A stretch of DNA of 64,000 bases from Eledone cirrhosa (taxonomy: Eukaryota): NCBI GenBank assembly GCA_964016885.1, contig OZ024742.1, positions 41,354,001-41,418,000 on the forward strand. The letters are read 5' to 3'. The notes under the pieces are model-generated. The model was not told the origin of the DNA, did not search any database, and saw only the letters and a list, made by a program, of their open reading frames with translations. Shown here in pieces: positions 56,158 to 64,000 of this stretch. Both the position numbers and the translations under genes were made by a program. Numbering within the stretch: position 1 is the first letter of the stretch; every line of letters begins with the position of its first letter.

Positions 56158-58968
56158 CTAGATGTGGAAGACGGGACCTTTGGCACCACACAGTGACGTC
56201 CTGTTCGACGGTTGGTCCAGCTCCCAATGCCAAAGTTTGGTGCTAGTGCCTCCAGGATTTTCCACATGTAGATCACTGCGTATCTCTCCCGTCTTCGCTC
56301 CAAGGAAGGAGTAGAGGTTCAGTTCCTTCAGCCTCTCCCAGTAGCTTGTCTCCCTCATCTTGGCAATCCTCTTGGTGTAGCTTCGCTGGATTGCCTCAAG
56401 CTCCGTGGTTAGTTTGACACTATGGGGTGACCACAGCTGGGAGCAGTAGTCCAGGCGGCTTAGGACAAAAGTCCTCCACAGTGTCAACATGGTGTCTCGA
56501 TCTCTTGTAAGGAAAGTCCTCAAGATCCAGCCAGCGAATCGTCTACATGCTGTCGCCACCTTCATGATGTGTGAAGAAAAAGATGCATCATCGCTCATGT
56601 CTCTGCCCAGGTCTCGTATCGATTTTGACACGGGGATATCGGTCCCTCCTGGTCCTGTGTAGCTGTGTTCCGCTATATTTGTGTTTGTGTTTGCAGGTTT
56701 GTATTGTAGGGCTTGGAATTTGCCAGCATTAAACTGCATGTTGTTTTCTTCTGCCCATCTGTATATGGCATCCAGATCCTGCTGTAAAAGGGCAGCGTCA
56801 GCCGGGTTTTTGATTGCCTGTGCTACCTTAGTGTCATCAGCATAGCTAGTGAGGGATGTTGTTGCATGCACCACAGAGGGCATGTCCGAGAGAGCCACCA
56901 AAAACAGTAGTGGTCCCAGGACTGTCCCCTGAGGCACCCCACTTGTTATCGGTGTTTCCCTCGAGAGGGCCCCATTTGCTGCGACTGCCTGGCTTCTGTC
57001 CCTTAGGAAGCCATGCAGCCACTCACCTACTTTTCCAGTTATGCCGAGTCCGTGTAGTTTGTGACATATCATTCCGTGGTCGACCTTGTCAAAGGCCTTC
57101 GCAAAGTCAAGATATATCACGTCTACATGTGAGCTGTCTAGTAGTTGTCTCAGTACCCAGTCGTAGTGATGTAGCAGCTGTGTAAGGCAGCTTCTTCCTG
57201 GGCGGAAGCCATGTTGCGTGCTAGTCAGGCGGTCATTTTCTTCGAGGAAAGTGATTAGTTTCTTTCTGACGACTCGCTCCATGACCTTACTGATATGCGA
57301 CGTCAGGGAGACTGGCCTATAGTTCTTGGCCTCCGCTCTACTACCTCCTTTATGGATAGGGCATATTGTGCCTTCTTTCAGCTCCCTGGGTAGTACACCG
57401 CTAGCCAAGGAGCTTCTGAAGAGCATCTTCAGTGGAGTTGCTAAGGCCCGCTTACATATTTTTAGGAGAACTGCTGGGAATCCATCAGGTCCAGCAGCCG
57501 AGTCTGTTCTAATTTCATCAATGGCGTACACCACATCCTCCTCCATTATGTCTATGTGGTTGATGGTTGCCATTTCTTGATGTAGTGTTGTGGCATCAAA
57601 GAACTCCTCTGGCTTCGTTATTTGCATGTGCCTCAGTGGACATGTGAAGATACTTTTGTACTGTTCGTTCAGTATTTCACATATCTCTTGGGGATTTTCG
57701 GTTAATGAACCGTCCGTGTGGAAGAGTGGTCCAATCTTGCAGTGTACTGAGGCAGTTTCTTTTGCAAATTTAAAGAAGGCCTTAGGGTTTGTTTTAATGT
57801 TTTCTATGGCCTTGTTCTCTTTCCTTGCCCTCTCATTCTCATGTGAAAGCTTGAGTGCAATCTCGGTGTCAAGTAGTGCACGTTTCAAATAGGATTCCTT
57901 CTTGTTTTGGTTTTGTTGACTATTCAACTGGTTTGAGAGTTTAGTTCTACGTCTCATAAGGATTTTCCTATCTCTGGGAATAAGATTTTTGTGTCTGTTT
58001 GCCTCTTTCTCCGGGACACACTTTTTGCATATGGTGTGTATCGTTGTCATGAAGTGTTGAAATTGTGTGTTAGTGTCTTGTGTGGCGATGTTTGCACTCC
58101 ATGTTTGCTTCCGGATTTCACTCTTAATCTTCTTCCAGTAAGCCCCGTAGAAGTTAAGGCTGGATAGCGTCCCGGAGCTTCTTGGTGGTTTTGTCTCTGT
58201 TGGTTCTCTTGGACCACATATCATTAGCTCTACCAAGTTATGATCCGAGAGAATTGTTGGTGTCACCTTTACATTGTGGATGAGCACTTCGTTGTTTGTA
58301 AAACAGAGGTCCAGGACATTTTCGCCTCTTGTTGGGAGGAGTATTGCTTGCTCCATGAACAGCCTGTGTGTGAGGGCCAGCAGGGATTCCGTCTGTCTCT
58401 GTTCTATTGACGTCATTCCAGGGAGGAGGTTGCCCTCAGGCCATTTGACCTTTGGTAGGTTGAAGTCTCCCAGCAGTAGGATGTTGAGACCCTGGTCCAG
58501 TTTGTCAAGGACCTCTTCTATCCTACTTAGGCTATCCTCAAATTTACCCTCATGACTGGGGGCATCGGGCGGCCGATATGTGATACATATTACCGTCTGT
58601 AGTTGCTTCATATGTATTATCAGTGTGTCACAGACTGAGTTTGAATGTGTCAACAGTACAATTGGTGTGACATCTTCACGGATATACAGAGCAACCCCAC
58701 CATGAGTTCTCTCCTTCCTGTCCGAACGAAATACAATATATTTCGGTATATGTATTTCTGCATCTGCTATACTGCTTGTCAGGTGCGTTTCGGTTAGTGC
58801 CATGCATAGTGCTTGATTGCTTATGGCTAAGTCTCCCAGGTAGGAAATTTTACTCATGTTGCTGAGTTTCACCAGGCCCCTGACATTCAGCAGCAGCACT
58901 GGTGTGACTTTTGGGGTACCAGTAATGGCTGTCGGTATGACACCTGGTCTGGTGTCAGCGGCGGCCAC
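56158..58968 (-). CDS. LINE ORF2 (APE endonuclease + RT), with a frameshift near 56305 continuing into the 55866-56303 frame
   Basis: LLNVRGL, LTETHL, YRPP, GDFN, SDH, QHGF, YLDFAKAFDKVDH, SGVPQGTVLGP, YADD, YWERLKELNLYS/ERRRERY. Confidence 0.92.
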   Translation of the reverse strand: MAAADTRPGVIPTAITGTPKVTPVLLLNVRGLVKLSNMSKISYLGDLAISNQALCMALTETHLTSSIADAEIHIPKYIVFRSDRKERTHGGVALYIREDVTPIVLLTHSNSVCDTLIIHMKQLQTVICITYRPPDAPSHEGKFEDSLSRIEEVLDKLDQGLNILLLGDFNLPKVKWPEGNLLPGMTSIEQRQTESLLALTHRLFMEQAILLPTRGENVLDLCFTNNEVLIHNVKVTPTILSDHNLVELMICGPREPTETKPPRSSGTLSSLNFYGAYWKKIKSEIRKQTWSANIATQDTNTQFQHFMTTIHTICKKCVPEKEANRHKNLIPRDRKILMRRRTKLSNQLNSQQNQNKKESYLKRALLDTEIALKLSHENERARKENKAIENIKTNPKAFFKFAKETASVHCKIGPLFHTDGSLTENPQEICEILNEQYKSIFTCPLRHMQITKPEEFFDATTLHQEMATINHIDIMEEDVVYAIDEIRTDSAAGPDGFPAVLLKICKRALATPLKMLFRSSLASGVLPRELKEGTICPIHKGGSRAEAKNYRPVSLTSHISKVMERVVRKKLITFLEENDRLTSTQHGFRPGRSCLTQLLHHYDWVLRQLLDSSHVDVIYLDFAKAFDKVDHGMICHKLHGLGITGKVGEWLHGFLRDRSQAVAANGALSRETPITSGVPQGTVLGPLLFLVALSDMPSVVHATTSLTSYADDTKVAQAIKNPADAALLQQDLDAIYRWAEENNMQFNAGKFQALQYKPANTNTNIAEHSYTGPGGTDIPVSKSIRDLGRDMSDDASFSSHIMKVATACRRFAGWILRTFLTRDRDTMLTLWRTFVLSRLDYCSQLWSPHSVKLTTELEAIQRSYTKRIAKMRETSYWERLKELNLYSFLGAKTGEIRSDLHVENPGGTSTKLWHWELDQPSNRTSLCGAKGPVFHI

Positions 58969-59834
58969 TCTGGGTCCCTTAACTGCGGTGGTCTCGAGTG
59001 CTGGTGTGGATGACCCTGGCTCTGGAGACGATGCAGCCAGGTCAGCTGTCCCACAATCTTCTCTGCCATCACTAAAAAATTTTTCTGATCTGCTGCTGCC
59101 ATCTGTATCTCGTCGGCATGTGCGTGCCTTCTCCTTGTTGGTGCAGCACGCGCGACATCAGCATACTTCTGGAGCGGCTTATTTCGGCTTAGGCTGGGGC
59201 ATGTTGCGCGAGTATGATGGGCATAGTTCGTTTGAGACCTAGGGTGGGCGAATCTGCATCCCATCCCTGTCTCTCCATGCCAGCATGTCCCGTTCTTGAA
59301 AAACTTGCACATTACTTGGGGTTTTTTGCTCCCAGTGTCTCGGTGCTTTCTGTTCTTTCTTTGAACAGTTGTCCACTGGTCCCTCTGCGCTTGGTTCTCC
59401 TTCGGAAGGTGATTTCGCTTTTCACCTTTGCCCTTAGCTTGTTGGTTGCCCGGCCTGCCCTCCCTGCCTGTAGCGGAGGGTATATCATTTTCTTTCAGGT
59501 CCGTGCTTGTGCTCTCCTCCTTTTCTTTTTCCCTTTCCTCTTCCTTTTCCCTCTCCTTCTCCTCATCCCTCCCTTCGGTTTTCTCCTCCCTGAGGACACG
59601 GCTTAGCATCGCCATATGAGGCGCTATGAGGACATACGCCTTCTCAATTTCTTTTCTCTTTCTCTCTATCTGTGCCAGGGTCCTCAGAAACCCATGGCTC
59701 TTCAGGTTCTCCGCCATCTTTTTGCTTGGTGGAGACCCATCAGCCATAGTCCACCCCTTGATCAAAACCGCTAGTTCCATCTTCGACCAGTTTCGCTGAC
59801 TCCTGATTTCACATTTTTCCTGCATGCAGTCCAT
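58887..59834 (-). CDS. LINE ORF1 with a CCCH zinc finger
   Basis: 315-aa ORF overlapping the start of ORF2. Charged coiled region and CKFFKNGTCWHGETGMGCRFAH. Confidence 0.8.
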   Translation of the reverse strand: MDCMQEKCEIRSQRNWSKMELAVLIKGWTMADGSPPSKKMAENLKSHGFLRTLAQIERKRKEIEKAYVLIAPHMAMLSRVLREEKTEGRDEEKEREKEEEREKEKEESTSTDLKENDIPSATGREGRPGNQQAKGKGEKRNHLPKENQAQRDQWTTVQRKNRKHRDTGSKKPQVMCKFFKNGTCWHGETGMGCRFAHPRSQTNYAHHTRATCPSLSRNKPLQKYADVARAAPTRRRHAHADEIQMAAADQKNFLVMAEKIVGQLTWLHRLQSQGHPHQHSRPPQLRDPEWPPLTPDQVSYRQPLLVPQKSHQCCC

Positions 59835-60042
59835 TTCGCTGTGGAGGGGAGAAAGAGAGACAGTGGGAAGTGTAGGGTAGAGGTTAGAGAGGGACAGAGT
59901 GAGGGAGGGAGATAGAGATATAACTCCAGCGAGAGAAAAAGAAAGAGAAACAGAAGAAAAGAAAAGAAAAGGGGGGAGACAGAAGAGGGAGCGAGAGAGA
60001 TAGCGGGAAGAGTGGGGGGGGGGGAGGTCAGAGGGAGAGAGA

Positions 60043-60078
<36 letters not shown>

Positions 60079-60730
60079 GGAGGGAGGGAGGGAGGGAGAG
60101 AGAGAGAGACAGAGAGAGAGACAGAGAGAGAGAGAGAGGAAGGAAGGAGAGAGATAGAGACAGCGTGAGCAACAGCAGTTCATAAATATAAAAATAAATT
60201 TTTAAATTTAAATTAATGAATGGAAGAAACCGGAAACAGAGATATAGAAACACGATGTAAGTTGTATATATAAGCTGAACGTAAATGTTTGTTTACAAAT
60301 ATACGAAGTTATTGTAATATCAGCATATCATACAAGAAACAACGAAATCGGGTCAAATACAGATAAGATTATACCAAATCAAACAAGATTATATCAAATT
60401 AAATTATGTTACTCAGAAAAATCAAAATTAATACAAGATCTGCTGAAGTTAAACCAAAATGCTCTGTATGGTAGACAAACAAAAATAGAAAGCACGTGTG
60501 TGTGTTGTCTCCTATGAAGGAATCATACAGTGAAAATAAACATGTTCAAAACGGTAATATATGTAAAATATACTTCAAAATAATTGCGTCAAAGCACAAA
60601 AACTTATCTTTTTTGTATGTTTTCCTTGTCCTCTGAAGAATTAAAACCATACATAAATCCGATTACTGTCGATTTAAAATATTAAAATTTCAAATCTGGA
60701 GAGACGACAATATATATATATATATATATA

Positions 60731-60796
<66 letters not shown>

Positions 60797-60820
60797 TATA
60801 TATATATATATATATATATA

Positions 60821-60866
<46 letters not shown>

Positions 60867-60876
60867 TATATATATA

Positions 60877-60952
<76 letters not shown>

Positions 60953-60962
60953 TATATATATA

Positions 60963-61086
<124 letters not shown>

Positions 61087-61096
61087 TATATATATA

Positions 61097-61191
<95 letters not shown>

Positions 61192-61202
61192 TATATATAT
61201 GC

Positions 61203-61234
<32 letters not shown>

Positions 61235-61264
61235 TATATATGCATATATATATATATATATATA

Positions 61265-61301
<37 letters not shown>

Positions 61302-61479
61302 GCATATATATGCATATATATATATATATGCATATATATATATATATGCATATATATATATATATATGCATATATATATATATATGCATATATATATATG
61401 CATATATATATATATATATATATATATGCATATATATATATACATATACATGCATATATATATATATACATATACATGC

Positions 61480-61512
<33 letters not shown>

Positions 61513-62934
61513 CGTAGTTAAGAAAGCCACAACAATGCAGAGGGAAATCTCGAGGTAGGAAGTGAAAGATAGATAGGAAAAACAGGTGAAAGTGAAAATT
61601 GAGAGAGACAAAGATGAAAACAAAACAAAGGTAGAAGGGTTTCACCCCGTAGTGGAGATTTAATCCCAATATTTCGGGCTCACGCCCATCAACGGGGGAA
61701 AGTTCCAAAAGGGGGGGAACAGGCCAAGCGGAGAAAGTTGTGATGTCGTTAAGACAGGAATGCCGTTATGGGGAAAAAATTATTTAAAATTTAAACGAGG
61801 GAAAGAATGCGCGTGCGCGTGATAGGCTGTGGCAAAAGCTACTGACCAAATGGGTTAAATCAAGAGGGTGCGCTAGCGTGTGAAAGCCGTAAGATATGAG
61901 TGTGTAAATATATATGTGTGTGTAACTGTGTGTATAAGTGTAAGTGTGTATATGTGTGAGTGTGTGTGAAAGATAGTGGGCTGTAGAAGCTGGAAATCAA
62001 AGGGTGTGAAAGGTGGTAGGTTGTAAAACATGTGTGCGTGTATAAATATAGATGTGTGTGTGTAAGCGTATGGGTATACATGTGTGTGTAACTGTGTGTG
62101 TATATGTGTGAGTGCGTTTGTGTGTGAAAGATAGTGGGCTGTAGAAGCTGGAAATCAAAGGGTGTGAAAGGTGGTAGGTTGTAAAAACATGTGTGCGTGT
62201 ATAAATATAGATGTGTGTGTGTATGCGTATGGGTATGCATATACGTGCGTGTGTGTGAAGATAGCAGGCCGTAGGCTGTGAATGGTCACTATGGTTAAGT
62301 TAGCCATGTCAGCTCATTTCTCTCAGCCCGGTTGTTAAGTGGGGGTCTGAGGTTCTTAATAACAAGTGCTTCCTTTATCCTTAAGGATCCGATGCTGCGT
62401 TCAGTCGCTAGGACTGTGACCAAGGGTCTACCCTGTGGGTTTCCGCATTTAAGGATGTGTTTGCGGAAGGAAGATGCGTTGGTGTTGATATGTTCCTTGA
62501 TACGAACATGTAGGGGTCGGATGGTGCTACCTATGTAAAACTTGTTACATTTATCGCATTGAATCTTATATACGACATAGGTGCGTAGGCAATCTGCCCC
62601 CTGTATCGGGCAGTTGCTGAGGGAACACGTCCCATCTGACTCGTCGGGTTTGTTGGAGAGGCATCTTCGCAGCGAAGGTCCTGTGTGGGCCAAATGTATG
62701 TTAAGTCCCTCCGTCCGTATGGCCCAGCGGATGGCGTTCGTGGTATATTCACTCAGGTGGGGGATTTTAAAGAAGCACCCTGCTATTAATTAATTTTCTA
62801 GTGGGTGTCTGTCTAGTGGGTCTGGGGTCTCTAATTCCGTTAATCAGTCGCTTTAAAATCCCCCACCTGAGTGAATATACCACGAACGCCATCCGCAGGG
62901 CCATACGGACGGAGGGACTTGACATACATTTGGC
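61513..62934 (-). mobile_element. 5'-truncated Penelope-like element with a short inverted 5' end and degenerate hammerhead
   Basis: GIY-YIG ORF. Inverted repeat 62689-62772 / 62851-62934. TCCCCCGTTGAT-GGGC-gtga-GCCC-GAAA-TATT-GGGA at 61664-61699 (-). Internal ~165-bp duplication. Confidence 0.85.
62295..62770 (-). pseudogene. Penelope linker + GIY-YIG endonuclease fragment
   Basis: FKIPHLSE...C.LSNCP...C...VVYKIQCDKCNKFYIGST.R....RIKEH...KEAL.I....P.LN. Confidence 0.9.
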
Positions 62935-62975
62935 ATATATAAACATGCATATATATATATGCATATATATATATA

Positions 62976-63059
<84 letters not shown>

Positions 63060-63141
63060 TATATATATATATGCATATATATATATATATATGCATATAT
63101 ATATATATATATATATGCATATATATATGCATATATATATA

Positions 63142-63221
<80 letters not shown>

Positions 63222-63240
63222 TATATATATATATATGCAC

Positions 63241-63311
<71 letters not shown>

Positions 63312-63398
63312 TATATATATATATAGGCATATATATATATATATATATGCATATATATATATATATATATAAGCATATATATATATATATATATAAGC

Positions 63399-63473
<75 letters not shown>

Positions 63474-63857
63474 TATATATATATATATATATGCATATAT
63501 ATATATATATGCATATATATATATATATGCATATATATATATGCATATGCATATATATATATATATATATGCATATATATATATATATATGCATATATAT
63601 ATATATATATGCATATATATATATATATGCATATATATATATATATATATGCATATATATATATATATATGCATATATATATATATATATATATGCATAT
63701 ATATATATATATATATGCATATATATATATATATATATGCATATATATATATACATATATATATATATATGCATATATATATATATATATATAGATATAT
63801 ATATATATATATATATGCATATATATATATATATATATATGCATATATATATATATA

Positions 63858-63963
<106 letters not shown>

Positions 63964-64000
63964 CATATATATATATATATGCATATATATATATGCATAT

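Larger units (their letters stand above)
55834..60250 (-). mobile_element. Near-full-length CR1-group LINE with two ORFs
   Basis: ORF1 followed by an APE-RT ORF2, GA/CT-rich 5' UTR and (AAAAGAGT)n tail. The 5' boundary is approximate. Confidence 0.93.

Overview
AT-rich, repeat-dense animal genomic DNA. The (TA)n-saturated landscape with RTE/CR1/R4 LINEs and tRNA-SINEs suggests an octopus or other coleoid cephalopod (inference). There is one host gene: a minus-strand, 8-coding-exon CDF zinc exporter (ZnT1/SLC30A1-like, 441 aa, 25581->7469), whose exons I joined by hand with GT-AG boundaries and consistent phases. The rest is mobile DNA: a near-full-length RTE LINE with a PHD finger, further RTE copies (one with a 1.27 kb tandem duplication), a near-full-length CR1-type LINE, SINEs sharing tails with these LINEs, Helitron derivatives, hAT and TTAA MITEs, minisatellites, long (TA)n/(TA)nTGCA arrays and a 200-N gap. 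The most interesting signal is a set of Penelope-like and non-coding mini-elements sitting inside (TA)n tracts. They carry type I hammerhead ribozyme motifs (CUGANGA-stem II-GAAA-stem III-UH) from about six unrelated sequence families, and most are folded back into long inverted repeats. Two of them retain GIY-YIG endonuclease fragments. The many IYIY ORFs are microsatellite artefacts.
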